Of a stretch of 64,000 nucleotides of DNA, positions 1 through 14,063 are shown piece after piece. The first letter of the stretch is position 1, and each line of letters begins with the position of its first letter. A program made the translations under genes and the position numbers. The notes below the pieces were generated by a model, which had not been told where the DNA came from, did not search any database, and saw only the letters and a list, made by a program, of their open reading frames with translations. This DNA comes from Psilocybe cubensis (lineage: Eukaryota), in contig CM039009.1 of assembly GCA_017499595.2 (NCBI GenBank), positions 496,001 through 560,000 on the forward strand, read 5' to 3'.

Positions 1-3000
1 GCGTATTGAAGAATCCAAAGGTTTTTTGTCAACATCCCCGGGTGTCATACTCAACGCCCCTAAACTTCTCGTGGACTTGGCCGACAAGGAGAATCTTAGT
101 ATCGCTGACCTTGAGAATCAGCCACCCAAAAGGCGACTCAAAGGCGACGAAAGACTGGCTTTGACGAGTTTGTTAGGTTGGGATGGAAAGGACGCAGAAG
201 GACGCGGAATGTCTGGTATCCTCGGTTTCGTTCGCCAACAACAAATTTCAGTGTTATGTTCAACCCACGTGCCTCCGGTCGCTCCCGCCAAGACTCCCGC
301 CAATGTTGCTCCATCTCCATCCTTGACGAACACGTCTGATATTCCCAGTCAAGGCTCCTCCACCTTTACAACGAATAGTACGGCATCCTCCTCAAGTGGG
401 GCATCTGTTGCCACAGTCTCTCCCAACAACGTCAAGACACCTCCTTTTAACCTACCTACGTCCGGTCTGTCACCTTGCGGTAAACCACACTGGATAACAT
501 ATCGATATTATTCGAATGGCGATAGTACATTGGGTGAATGGATCGAAGAATTCACAAAGTCAAGTAATTTACCTTGTGATAGGCCGGAATGTAAATTTAC
601 CAGGGGACAACACGAGATTAGAGTTATTCATGACGGAGTCAGGATCACATTCCGTTCCTCTAAGACTTCAACGGAAGCAAAGAAGGACGAAGGAGAGACC
701 GAAGGGAAGTCGAAGGAGGAGAAGCCAGTTGGCACCCACGATGCAAATGAAATTAACGACGAACAGCATATTAGCGTGTGGGAGACCTGTGCTGTCTGTA
801 ATGCAAGCACTTCAAGAAAATTAATGGACGATGGAACCTAGTACGCTTGCTATATTGTGTATCCAGTTTCAAGGACTTGCTGACTCGTTTCTCAGCTTAA
901 TCTCATACGCTAAATTTCTTGAACTCATTATTTATTCGCCATCAATACACGTTTTGACGCCTCCCCTGTGCGACCACACAAATCCATCGTCTGGGCCGTC
1001 GAATTCCCTTCATCCATCTAGGTTCAACATTATCCGACATTTCTCTACACCCCTTGGTCAAATATCGCTGTCGCTTTCGAAGATCGAGGACATCTTTGAA
1101 TTCAGGGTGCCTCGATTGCAAATAACCCGTGGGACTGAAAGATCATCCCCTACTCCCACCAGATACGATTCAAAACCAGAACCTGAGACAACCGTAGACA
1201 AAAAGAAATTTCTGAGGAAAGAGATTAAAAGATGGTGGGAAGGAGTCGCGGACCACATTGACAAAATAGTGCGCTGAATTCCCTCCCTCTTTTGAATTCA
1301 AATAGGCTTATGACGTAACCATCGTAGGAGAAAGTCCTGAACTCCGAGGACGCTACTCAGAAGGCATTGCCACGTTTGCCGTCAATAGACGATGAATATG
1401 CTGCCTTTGATGTTACTGCTGAAGGATCCGGGTCAGTTACCCCAAGAGCCGTTTCTCCTTTGCCTTCTTTGCCACCGACGGCCCCCAATTCTCCGTCAAA
1501 AGATCATGGGCCAAATACATCATACTTCACCACCCAATCCAGTGTCAGCACGGATACGCAGGCATCGAAAGCGCCAACAGTGCCACCTAAAGAGGATCCG
1601 GGGCGACTGCTTTCCACGTTGCGACATAACTTCCAAAAGATTGAACAATCTCTCTACAGCCAATTAGCGAAGACACCCGAAACATCTTTGAATGATGTTA
1701 GAAGGTCTTTCATTGCGACTGGGAAAGGCACACAGAAAAGACTCAAAGCGTGGCAGAAGAAACATCTTTCCAGTTCGAAAGCGAAGGAAGTGGGTGATTT
1801 GATCGCCGAAGAGCCAGAATGGTGGGGTAAAGGATGTCACGCTGTCCCAGGAGGCAATATCATTGTGAGAGAGGATGATTGGGGAAGTATCATTGCACAC
1901 ACGCTCAGGTATGTCTTTTTCCCCAGCAATTTTGTCCTCTTTTCTTTTCTCGGAAATGAACATGTTTTCCAAATTTGACTCTACTTTTAGTACTACCGAC
2001 TATCAGCTAGAATTAGCGAATCTATCAATAGCTCGAGCTGCTTTTGGAGCATCGCAACCCGCTGCAACCCCCCGTACCATCACAGATTCTGGAACGTCGT
2101 CCTTTTTCTCTGTGGCTGCTGGTTATAGGTTATTCGCATCCTCATCGTCGAAGAACCAACCAGATCCAGACCAGGAAGACGTTGTTTGGAATGAACCTGA
2201 ACAATATTCTGCTGTCATATCAAGGAAGGAGCATACTCGAGATCCAACATCACTACTTTCAATTAGGGATGTTCTGAGACAAACATCGATCCCGGAGCAA
2301 CCTAGCGGGACGACTACCCCATCTCGATTTGCCAGCTTGTCGAATGCCACAGCGCAAATCATTACGGGCACGAAGCCAACGGCAGTCAAAGCTAAGGCGA
2401 ATGTGGGGATAAGCAAGGAAGCAGTGGATGGCACTATGGATACATCAGATAGTGTTGAAACAGGCATACAGTTACTGCAGGACCTCGAAAACAGTATCCC
2501 TTCCCCGCCTCCCTCTGTCGACTCAGAGAAACCAAGTACTGGAATTGTGGAGACGCATATACGAAGGGTCAAAGACAGCTCTGTTGTTTCTGCTAATAGT
2601 GCAGAAAGTCAGGTCACAGTTGGCAAAGACGACATTCCTCCACCTTTGCCTCCGAAAGACGGACAGAAAACCCCAAACAGTGTATCTTCCCCTTCTACGC
2701 CAATTCCCGTGACCCCAGAGGCATCTGCCAAATCTGAAACAGTCCACCATTCTACTGCATCTGGATTTGCCAGCACACTAGCCCATGGAATCAACTCGGC
2801 TGTACGATATGTTCTTCATTCCGAAACATTGTCACAACCTTCAACTCCTCCACCACCATCTTCTGCGAAAAAGCATCATGCACTACTAGCTGATATCACC
2901 ACTTTCGATGAACGACCCCATATCAAGTATGATTGGACCATTGGTAAACGACTAAAATTCAGCTGTACGGTCTACTACGCGAAACAATTCGATGTTTTGA

Positions 3001-4040
3001 GAAAGCGATGTGGTATCAGTGATGGATTTGTTCAGAGCTTGTCAAGGAGCACGAATTGGGCGGCTGAAGGCGGCAAGAGCAAGTCCAACTTTTGGCAGAC
3101 TAGCGACAAGCGATTCGTGATCAAGACGCTGGTTAATGCTTGGAATGTTGCTGATTTGTATGTACAAACACCTATTGTCCTTTTAATGGATCTCTCATTC
3201 TACGTCAAACAGGCAAGTTCTTGTTGATCTGGCACCTTCGTACTTCCGGTACATGGACGCAACGGCGAGCAGGGCAACTGTCCTCGCAAAGCTCATTGGG
3301 TTCTACACTGTCGAAATACGAAATCTGGAAACTGGCGCTGTTCAGTCGAAGGCCGATCTCTTGGTGATGGAAAACCTATTCTTCGATAAGAAGATAAGCA
3401 AGACGTTCGACTTGAAAGGCATCCAAGGAAGGAAGGTTAGGTCACATGGAGATACGACGAAGACACTTTTTGACGGGGAGTGGATTGAAGGTAAGCTCTT
3501 TTTTTATGTCATTACAATTAAGGGTTTAACCTGATCGTCAACCTACAGGTCAACAGCGCACACTGACTTTAGTCCGTCCACATTCCAAATTAGTCCTTCA
3601 TGAAGCCATCAAGCACGATGCGGAGTTCTTATCCAAGAGTAATATTATGGACTACTCGTCAGTCTTGTCTTTGGGTCCTTTAATGTACTGCGTTGACCGT
3701 TTGTTTTCCAGACTCCTTCTGGGAATCGACGAGGAAAAGAAGGAGATTGTTTGTGGGCTTGTTGACACTATAGGCAGCTACACTTTTGCCAAAACCCTCG
3801 AATATAAGGCGAAGCAAGGTCTTCAATCGGGTAAAGAAGTTACTGTCATGCCACCGACAGAATATCAAGATCGGTTTGTTAACGCCCTTGAAGGCTATTT
3901 TGTCGCTTGTCCAGGTACGTTTTGTTCCTTGATTCAAGCGAACGGAAATATCTAACTGGTTCTCTATAGACAAATGGTCGAAACCCCTAGACGAATCCTT
4001 GGTAATTCATGATCCTTGTCTTTTACCCAGCATTCTATAG
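1..4040 (+). CDS. Fab1/PIKfyve-like phosphatidylinositol-phosphate kinase, 5'-partial, multi-exon
   Basis: Spliced ORFs give the C-terminal PIPK domain: FSCTVYYAKQFDVLRKRC, W..EGGKSKSNFWQTSDKRFVIK, LLVMENLF, FDLKG, NIMDYSLLLGID, GLVDTIGSYTFAKTLE, VTVMPPTEYQDRF. It also has the Fab1-type IIVREDDWGSIIAHTL segment. Stop TAG at 4040. Confidence 0.85.
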
Positions 4041-4392
4041 TTATTCCATGCCATTGACTCCAAGGACACATTCATTTTTTGCACATTTACATCGTAGCAT
4101 ATTCTTTTTATTTGGAATCAACTGAAAACTCTGTACATTACGCATTATCCTTGTCTCTACGGTGGGAATATTAAATGGATGCAATTAAAGAGCATGCTCT
4201 ATATACTTTCAAGAGTTGTATCAGGGCACAAACAAGTTAATAGCATTGTAATAGCGTCTTATCAAGCGATCGTAGAGCCATTGACTAGACCTTGACTGAT
4301 TATAAGTCATGACTCGGCCAATAGACCCATCAAACGTTGACCGCTGGTCATTGACTCACTAATGCTGGCGGACTCCGAGACCCCTTGCCGGA

Positions 4393-4428
4393 GACGCGAC
4401 GCGACGCGACGTGTTTGACATCACGTGA
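4393..4428. promoter_or_regulatory. Tandem ACGCG (MCB-like) repeats plus TCACGTGA E-box upstream of the cyclin-like gene
   Basis: gacgcgacgcgacgcgacgtgtttgacatcacgtga lies about 130-160 bp upstream of ATG 4555. Function is inferred only. Confidence 0.4.
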
Positions 4429-4554
4429 TGTTATGTAACTTTACGATTCAATATTCAAGATTGGCTCCTCCTCCCATCATTTCACTTCATTTTTTCCCCT
4501 TGATCAGGTATTCTTCTCTCAAAAATTGAGACTTTCTGCATTTCTTGGATCCAA

Positions 4555-6998
4555 ATGCCTCCTGGAGCTCTCATTGAAGGAGAACATTCAAGTCTATTGG
4601 AGCTACATCATTATCCCATTAACAACTCACTTCATGGATCCAGTCCCACTTTTCTAGAGACAACGCCGCATCAAATGCCACCCGACCAAAGCTCATTTGA
4701 ACAGGAAGGAAACTACGAAGAAACAATCGAAATTCCAAATGTACCATTGTCTAGCAGCCCTCCTGACTTCACGAGCTCTTCCCCACGCTCAAATAGTTCG
4801 GGTGAATATGATTCAAACAAAACTTCAACTTCAAATTCTTCTTTATCAAATATCTCTTCCTCTTCCCCACTTGATTTGACTACGACGGAAGGGTTTGGCC
4901 AAAAGCTTCATCAACTTCTTCTTGAAGCCTTGCGAGAACGCGAACTACGTGATAAAACAGATTTCTCTTTCTATTCAGATTCAAGTGTTGTACAAACCCC
5001 AGAAATTTCTTCCGTTCCACATGAGAAAGCTAGTCTATGTCAAATAGACAGTTCCTTTGGTGAAATCTCACCCATATCTTTCGAAGTCCCGAAAAATTCC
5101 ATGTAAGTGCACGACTCTGCTTCTGAGTCAAATTAACGTATATTTTTCGATAGCTCATCTCAGAAGATCAAAATGCCTCCTCAATATCGGATAATCAAAA
5201 GAGCACTGTCAAATGGATTAGTTCAGGGCGAAAACGAAACGCTGACCAAAAGACAGAAACAGGGCAAGGACGTCAATGTTCGAACGTATGACCAAATATA
5301 TGCGCGTCGAACTGCCAGTCTCCGTCGAGCTGAGTCCCTCAAATCGGTTGATAGTGATGGTCGACAAGTACGATCATTCTTAACGCTTTTTTCTTTGCTT
5401 GAATTTTCCAACAGGCTCCGCTGGTACCGACTGTCCCAGCCACGCCGATTCCTGCTAAAAGGCATACTGCTGCAACACTACCTGTTCCTATTATTGCACC
5501 ACCTTCCGAACATGTAGCCAAGCTGCCCATGAGCTCAGAGACCTTCGCAAAAATTCGTCTTGAGCGTCTTTTACAACGTGAAACCGAAGGCCGAATGGCT
5601 GATGGTCTGCTTCCCGGAATATCTATTCGCCCCCCTCCATGCATGATCCAGAATCGTGGCGAATGTAGCCCACTTGACGACGACAGCAAGCTCAGCATCG
5701 AAGACGACATCAGGTTCGATTGGGAAGTTGCCATTGGACTTGGGTCCAAGAGGCGAAAGACCATTGTTGCTTGGCTTTTAAAAGTCTATCACTCCAAATT
5801 TGCGAAACCTACTTCTGCTCACCTTAGTCTGTACAGGTATTGCCGGCTAAGTCAACTAGAGTAACCGGTGCCATACAGTCGTCACCTGGGTCTCCGTCCA
5901 GCTTACAATCTTCTGGAGGCACTGTTTGCAGTAGTCTGTCAAGCGACTCGAGCTATTTTAGTACTGGTGATGACCTCTATGATCAATTGCACGGCTCCTC
6001 AGAAACACGGTTTCACGCAGTTTGGATGTTCCTTCGCTTTTTCTTTTTAACAATGCCAGCAAGTTTTCAGACGCCATGCAAAGACGATTCAGGGAACCCG
6101 AATTGTTCAAATCTATACAGGAGTACTAAAGCTCTTGAACAACAAGGACTTGGACTTATCTCTTGGGACATAGCAATCGCATGCTTATCGTTAAGCGTCA
6201 AGGTATCTACAATATACTGATTCTGGGTCATTGCTTACTATAGTTCGCGCATTAGTTTCATCGAGATTTCCTTAACCCATTAGTGCCTGTTTACGCCCAC
6301 GAATATGTCACACTGGCTCCGCACACACTGTCTTATGAGGACTTGGAGGTGACCTTCGCACCTTCATCGCTTGCCTCAGCTGTGACTAATCCTGTTCAGG
6401 CTGCTCACCGCGATATACTATCGGCGTTTGATTATAGACTAGGAATCACACCCCAGTCAGTGTTGGATGAGCTATGGCTTGCACTCCCGTCACTCCGCTC
6501 GTTGCTAGACTTTCAAGAAGGTTGGAAACAAGCAACCATTACTGCATGGTCCTGTCTATTTAACTTTCTAAGGGGTGATTGCTTTTATTAGGTTGATTCG
6601 TTAATCCTTACTGATTACTACTCCAAATAGAACCTGACGTTCAACGCTTTCCTATTTCGATCCTAACTTCTGTATCTCTGATGGATGGGATCTTAAAGAG
6701 CCTTTCTGATCATTATCGGTCCGAGTTCTGGTCAAGTGATATGTTTGTTGATGACGGACTTGGCCAACCTTTGGACGAGGAGGCTTTCGACACCATGGAT
6801 GTCTACGAAAAATGCAAAAATAGAGCAAGGGAAGATGCCGAAGGTGTTTTCTGCGATATCCAAACGCTCATTGGCATGACAGACGTATTCAAAATTATGT
6901 GTTATCTTTTCAGGCAGTACTAACATCTCTCTGTCCTTTTCTGTCAGGCCCAACTGCTAGAATGCCGTCTCTGGGTGTCTCACATCAAATCTGATTAA
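4555..6998 (+). CDS. Cyclin-fold protein with long Ser-rich N-terminus (atypical cyclin-like)
   Basis: Spliced translation has cyclin-box-like helices: RRKTIVAWLLKV, ETRFHAVWMFLRFF, DIAIACLSLSVKFHRDF, EDLEAAHRDILSAFDYRL, and FPISIL. Confidence 0.6.
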
Positions 6999-9922
6999 CT
7001 ATGGCTAAAGGCTTCTGGACTGGTTTTTTTGCTCTTCTGAAAGGTTATTTCGAACTTGGCCCTATGAATTGACCGTGTACTTCTTCTGCCTTATCCTAGG
7101 CTTACCGTGTTCTGACTGAGTCCAGGAAGCATAGACTAGGATTGATATTACGGACCGTATCTCTGGCTCGTTTTTTTTTCGGACAACGGTACCTTGGACT
7201 GGGGAGGCGATTTCCTTTTGTATGCCATGCATCCGGTGTTTATGTTTTATGGATCGGATGGGAATTGGTTTTGCTGCTGTGCTAGCCTAACGGATCTTTG
7301 CTCGCTCGTCAGAAACAAATTTTAATGATTTGACATACTGCGCCAAGCTATCTCTTACTATTCTCTTCCTTGTGCATTACCGGTAAGGAATCATTAATCA
7401 CCCACTGGTAATGGTGATATTAAATCCAACCCCGAGCGCAAGGGCAGTGGCGTCTGACCACGCTTTCACATAAGAGGTATGCCAATAAAAGCGTGAGATG
7501 TTTTCATTTTTTCGATGCATCATCTGATAGCTCTCATCGAGCGCTTGTAGATTTTGCAGGACAATATTGCGAGACCATTAACATTTATCCTTAAATTGTG
7601 TTATTATCCTTGTTAGAAGCCTTGAAGGCACCACGAAAATGATTCTGTCATCATTGTTACGTGGGTCGTTGAAGCTGTCCCTATAGCATCGATATTTTAC
7701 TGCTATGCTGTTGAGGAATTATCTGGCATGACATGAGTAAGTTCTTCAGGTTTCCTTCGTGAATGGAATCTAAATCTTCTTTGCTGCGCTTTTAACTGCG
7801 AAGTATATCCGACGTCCCATGTTGAATTTGATTATCTACTCAAATCTTGGAATAGGTTTCAATGAGTTGGAAAGATGAAGAATTTGCAGAATACGGACAC
7901 TTGATTCGCACATTGACATGCGTAACATTGCATTATATGACCAAGTTGTCATTTATCCCCTCGATGTCGATGTTCCTGGTAGCTCAAGCTACTCCAGGGA
8001 GGACTGAACTATACCGTCTTCAGAGACCTCTTGTGGTAAAGGATTCGTGTCGCATTTAGTCTCATTGAGACTCGGTAGTTTCTGTCTATAGATTGCCACA
8101 TCCACATACCATGCTATGTCGCGGGTACTAGAAATACGCCGCATTAATTTTGGATCGCGTGGAAAATGTCAGAAGGATTTAGGGTAACGAGAATGGACTG
8201 TAAATCTGTAATGGACTGCGATAAAGTCATCAATCTTTGGATCTGGATTCATTGACTCGGATACAGTCATGCTTTCCTTTAACAGCTTTCAGTCAACGCC
8301 AAAAGTAGAGTATAGATTCGGCCTCTTCCTGTACACAAAGGCACTTGATGAGCCTCGACTTAACTCGAAAGGAAATCCCATGACGGCAATTATGTATGGA
8401 ATATGCACACCGGACGCTAGAAGCTGTAACGCTGTTGCTGCTGATTAATAGAAATAATGATTAGATGCCACTTTTGAAAGCGGACAGGATCACGCAAACA
8501 AAATTAAATTAAATTCTCGGAATGAAGAACGTTTGTAGGTCCCATAACCTTTATCAGGGGTGGCTTCTACATGTTCATAGACGTACATCAAAGACCATTT
8601 GAAAGACATAGATAAGAAAGGAACGGCGTTGCGGCAGCCAGCCCCTCAATTCAGTCGATCCACTGCCAAGGGTCAAAGTCAAGATCTTGCTAAACGATGC
8701 TAAAGAACACTATACACCATGACACAAATGGGCCAATGACACAAGAGTTACAAGTTAGCTGGCCACACGACTACATAAATATCCTTGTCCTCAATTGTAT
8801 CCATTGTCCATTTCATGGATTAGAATTCCCCTATGGCTTGTCGTTCAAGCCACCCACACAACTCGGCTTCGGCCCAATCTCCAGACTGCCCGTGCTTTCC
8901 GTCGTGCCAGTTATTCCCTCGAAGACATGATGGTAAGGTGGTCTTGCCGAATCCTGCCCAAATTCAGAAAGGTAAGTTGATTAACTCTTGACTAGTTTTA
9001 ATCTATTGCCTTACTAACACCTGTGATTTTCAGAGGATCCGATCGTCCAAATATCCCGCAGCACGTCACATATGATGTTGGACGGCGAATCTACAAGTCA
9101 TACCATACAACAGAGGACACTGCCCCACAAGCACTCTATTAATGAAGGCAGTAGCAGTAGTAGACCTAAGGGTGGAGAAGGAGGACTCCAAAGGCCACAC
9201 CCCACCAGTTCTACCAGATTGAATAGCTGTCAGTATTATTCGGAAAAATCATCATGCTTGGCTGATCCTATCATCAGCGACGTCAGCAAAATCCGTTGAT
9301 AATTATGCTCAGCTGAGCTCGCTACCTGAGTTCAAGGCGTTCAAATTGAACAAAGAGGGCCAGCCGGAAACTCGCGAGACAGCTTCGAGTTCTCCAGGAT
9401 CTTCAACTTCAAAGGATGGGACACCAGAGCCTCAAGAGTGGATGCGTGAAGTCAAGGTGTCTCGAAGAACCAAGAAGCAATCATATGTGAGGTCAGGAGG
9501 CGAAGACTTCTGTATTCGGTTGTACACTGGTCAGGAAAAACATTAGATTTTGCAAACTTCGTTGAACAACATCTTGAAAGTCAAACCATTGATATTAGTA
9601 CCACACAAGCCTACACAGGCGCTTACGCACTTAGCACCTAGTATGATCTCGACTGTTATTTAAAGTTTAAATTAACATGCTTTTAGAATTAACAGCACCT
9701 CTGACTTGATGGTGATTATGTCCAGGATCTTGTCTCGAAACTGTGTAACGCTCAAAAAGGGTTCCAATTAGGAAGAAAAAAGCCCCTAAGCGAGATAAGA
9801 TTACAGTACATTTGTTTGTACGTGTTATTTACCGAGTTCCACAGACTTCCACCAGATACACAGCCACAAGGTATACCTCTCTGTTGTTGACTACGACGAT
9901 CTTCTCCATCTAAGCTTACTCA

Positions 9923-10625
9923 ATGTCCTATTTCCTGCCCCATCTTCCTTCTGGCTGGCATGTTGACGAAGCTATCAAGTCAGAAGAAGATCGTGTTGTG
10001 GTTATCAGATTCGGTCATGACTGGGATAGCCAGTGTATGACGATGGACGAAACATTGTATTCAGTGGCAGAAAAGGTCCAGAACTTCGCCGTTATTTACC
10101 TTGTTGACATAACGGAAGTTCCTGATTTCAATAAAGTATGTTTTCTTTTGCTTTTTGTCGCATTCTGCTTACAGATTTGGTCTAACTTCAAAGATGTATG
10201 AGTTATATGATCAATGCACTGTCATGTTTTTCTATCGGTAAGAGTACAAAAACGTTCAGAAAATGCACACTCTGAGCACTACAACAACTTAGAAACAAAC
10301 ACATCATGATCGATCTGGGGACCGGTAACAACAACAAAATGTTAGTCGCATCTCTCTCTCGCCGTTGACACTTTCTAACCATCTATTTACTATAGTAACT
10401 GGGCTATGGATAACAAACAAGAAGTGTGTATCCTTTACTCCGACGATAACAACAAAACTTATAGCGATTCTCTTCTAGTTGATTGATATAATTGAAACAG
10501 TATACAGAGGCGCGTCTAAAGGTCGTGGTCTGGTCGTGTCTCCGAAAGGTAATAAACTTCATTTGCCACATGTAGCATTTTGACTGACTTCCTGTGCAGA
10601 CTATTCGACGCGCTACAGATACTGA
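9923..10625 (+). CDS. DIB1: U5 snRNP thioredoxin-like protein Dim1/Dib1 (TXNL4A)
   Basis: MSYFLPHLPSGWHVDEAIKSEEDRVVVIRFGHDWD...VPDFNKMYELYD...MFFYRNKHIMIDLGTGNNNKINW...VYRGASKGRGLVVSPKDYSTRYRY, spread over 6 exons. Confidence 0.97.
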
Positions 10626-11020
10626 CTTGTTCTCTTTTCTTGCAAGTGTAATTGTTTCCTATCTCTTATAAACATTCGTAACTGTATTCTGCTCGTTTTG
10701 CTATCCTGATCGTGCTGTCTGATACCCGCATTTGCTTCATTTTGGAGCTAAAGCGCACAGAAGTCCCGAATTAACGCGTCTTTTAACCTTTTAATGACAC
10801 CCTGGAGCAGCCGACTCGAAAAAGAAAGGTTCTTTGTCTGTTTATGTTCTTGGCTAACCAGATGGTTAAAAGACGTTTGTGGTTGTACTTTTCGATGGAA
10901 GTTTCTTTCATTATAAGAAATTTCTTTCTCAATCTGTTCTATTGAGAAGTCGTAGTTTCAGGCATAAATACCTGAAGCATCTAGCATCACCCCACGCTAT
11001 TTCACTGCTTCCAAATACAC

Positions 11021-11746
11021 ATGCTAAATCACGAAGAAACAGCGCCTGCTTGCGAATCCTCAAGTGGAGCCCAAGGAAACAAAGCGACGACACCAATCCA
11101 TTCGATTATTGGCCATGATGCAATACACAAACTATCTACTGCATTTGACAGGTTAATCATTTTTTGTTTGTTTTTTATCCGCAATCTCCGCGACATATGC
11201 TTCACCTGTGCCATTTGGTGAGAACATTGTTCCGTCTATGCTCTCAAATTCACTCACATACCGCCATTTTTCGATAGCATTATTTTTTGTGCGATGTTTT
11301 CGACTGCCAATGTATCTGGCGCTGTCATTTTGTCAGATAATTTTGCTTTCTAAACGTGCTTACACCGACCTGACCCCAATCTCAGGCTCATGGTATCGGA
11401 GACCATTGTTCGTGGCAACAACATGCCTTCAGGCTTATCCTTACCAATGGCTATCATTGGTTACTTTGGATACCTTGTCAACCTATTATTCTGGCCAAGA
11501 CGTTCTCCTAACCCCCCGAGCACTCGAGAATTCCAAGCCATGGCATGGCTCATCTTCATCCATTATTTCTTTGCGGTGTCGAAAGTTCTTTTCTCTGCAT
11601 TATCGGTTGTGTTACAGGCGTACTGTTACCAACGCCACGCCAGATGGACAATGAAGATCGATTTGGTCGATGTGAGACTTCAGTGCGGGAGGAAAAATGG
11701 AATATTCTTCGTGTCGTTGACATTGTTGAAGCGTGACGGTTCTTAA
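11021..11746 (+). CDS. Putative small hydrophobic/membrane protein (exon structure unresolved)
   Basis: Hydrophobic ORF segments (LPMAIIGYFGYLVNLLFW; MAWLIFIHYFFAVSKVLFSALSVVL) with GT..AG signals near 11218-11385. I could not fix the frames. Confidence 0.3.
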
Positions 11747-11937
11747 ACTTGGAGACTTGTATCTTCTACATATCTGCCGCACTCCTTCCCAAAGTTTGAT
11801 TCATCGAAGTCACGTCGATCGGTGTTATCGCATATCTACGATACGACGAAGTTTCGGAATTCCCTGACTCGTTTATTGAAGGCTTGTACACATTTACAGT
11901 TGTTTGTATGATACATGATTCAGAAATGTAGAAGTTG

Positions 11938-13804
11938 TTAGGCGGCCAACGCAATGGCGTCACTCAGCCCTTTGATGGATGGGGTAAAGAAGTATTCTCC
12001 CCCACGAGGAATAACCCATTCATCGTCGAGTACGAGCTCAAATGAAGGATTATTTGGGTCAACACCAGAAAGCTTGCGATTAGGACCACTCCCAAGGAGC
12101 GGATCGACACTTATTTGATGGTCAATTTGCAGTATACCATCATCAATCAGTGAAGACTTACCCAGGAACCTCTGGAGTGGTCTCTCCGAAGGGGAACGTT
12201 GGATTGTTGACCCAACCTATGTCATGCCATTAGGACCGCGCAGAATGCCTGAAATTATGGTATTTCTTACTTTGCTGGATGAACTGGAAGCCATTCGTGA
12301 TGCTACTCTGGTAGCAAGCGAATACGAGTCCGCGACCGTGGTACGTCTTCTTGTCCGCCCTCTCCTTCTTGGTAACCTCAGGCCCAAATTGAATTCCGCG
12401 GCGCATGATGCGGTTCCTCTCGGTAGAAAATCCTAGACTCTCCAGGTCAGCCCGCGGAAGGGTCTTGCGGACGTGTGCTGCGAATGGGCAAAGTTTCTGG
12501 AAGTTAAGTTCTGCCGAGAATTGGAAGTTATTGTTTCTGAAATAGTGTAGACAATTAGTAGGATCACTAATGTCAGGGAGTGACTCCAAAGAAATGTGCC
12601 TACCGCTGGGGGTCGGCGCCAAGTTCTGGGTCATCCTTGAAGGGTGCTAGGTCTAGTGGTGCACCTATGACAAAATATTCAGAAAATTGATATAATTATT
12701 CAATTCAACGGATACTGACCGCTCTTCCAGCGTCCAACTAAGCGAGCGCCTAAGAGGTCGGCATTCTCTTTCTCGGTAAGGCCCGGGACTTTAAGCTTGT
12801 TTCGTTCTACAAAGTCGTCAAACTCTGGTACTTTCTGGAAGAGGTAACGGAAGACGAGGAAGCTGCCGTCTACCATCCAACCATCACGGTCCGTTACGTT
12901 GGGGTCCCCGTCGTGGCCAAGGACAATAACGCCAGGACGGATGGGAGCAGGTCCTGGAGGAGGGTTTGTGTCGAACCCAATGAGCGCTGGATTGGACACT
13001 CCATCAAGGTATCCGAAACTGCACGGGCATCGGTAAGCATTCAGTAGAAGAAGACCAGATTGCTTACTGTTCATGGGCGGATAGGTTTCCTGGTCGAGCA
13101 TCACCACGAACAGAGGTCACTTCAACAATGGAAGCGTTGTTGCTTCCAACGCCGAATATATTCTCGATGTCGTGAAGAGTCTTGTTTACAGTGGCATGGC
13201 TATCACCTGTCACTATGATGACACCATGGATATCTTGCTTGAAAGGCTCGTCCCAGTCAGGGACGAAACTGTCCCCAGTTCCAGTACCCTTGTCACCAAG
13301 GCTTCGTCCAGCATCTAGTCGTTGACCACGGAGAAACGCTGTATCGTGCAGTTTTTTATCGTCGATGTCGAGCTGGACTTGTGTCAACCCTAAATAAATG
13401 AGATTGATGGGGACATTACATACCGTCTTAAAACCAATGTGAGAGAAAGATATATTGACGCCAACCATAGGGATGAGGTGAGGTCTGACACTGTGACCAT
13501 GACCATATCCCTGGCCATGTCCCTTCTTGTGCTCGTCGATTTCCTTGCGATCTTTGAGTACCTGGGCGACACTCTTGACCAGCGGCACGAATGATACAAG
13601 ATCTCGACGGAATTTGAGGGCGTCCTTGATTTGGAAGAAGTACATGGTTTCTGTCTTCTTGGGCAATCCACTCCTTCAGTGCAGTATCATTAGTCAGTAA
13701 AGATGCAGTAGCAAACGAATAGAAGGAACAAACAGGATATCCCCTTGGATATTGTCGAGCTTTAGTGCAGGTGGTTGGGCTGAGACTGGTTGTTGCGTAG
13801 CCAT
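11938..13804 (-). CDS. Dye-decolorizing (DyP-type) heme peroxidase, no obvious signal peptide
   Basis: MATQQPVSAQPPALKLDNIQGDILSGLPKK; distal GxxDG motif (HFGYLDGVSNP); GSFLVFRYLFQKVPEF; GARLVGRWKSGAP; proximal CPFAAHVRKTLPR; RRGIQFGPE; C-terminal RGGEYFFTPSI. Confidence 0.95.
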
Positions 13805-14063
13805 TATGGTGAAGTTTGCTAGAGGAAGCTAATGAAGATACCAGCTTTATTCTATCCCTTTATACAAAGCTCGAGGGCAGTGTTCGCCTTGAATCGAACT
13901 ATCAGCGCTATAAACCTTGGCAAATAGAAAGTGGGGTAGTTAGAACATCATATAAATTCACCGCAGTAGAGTCGGATCTCAAACGAAGACGGGAGCCGCC
14001 CATGGTGAAGGTACGAGGAATGGAGTGACAGCCTTCCAGATTACCGTTATCTCCTTCCATGAA

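Noticed and set aside
7000-9900. Short ORFs in the long interval between the cyclin-like gene and DIB1
   Set aside because: No recognisable domains or consistent exon chain. A small spliced gene near 8930-9550 cannot be excluded but is unsupported.
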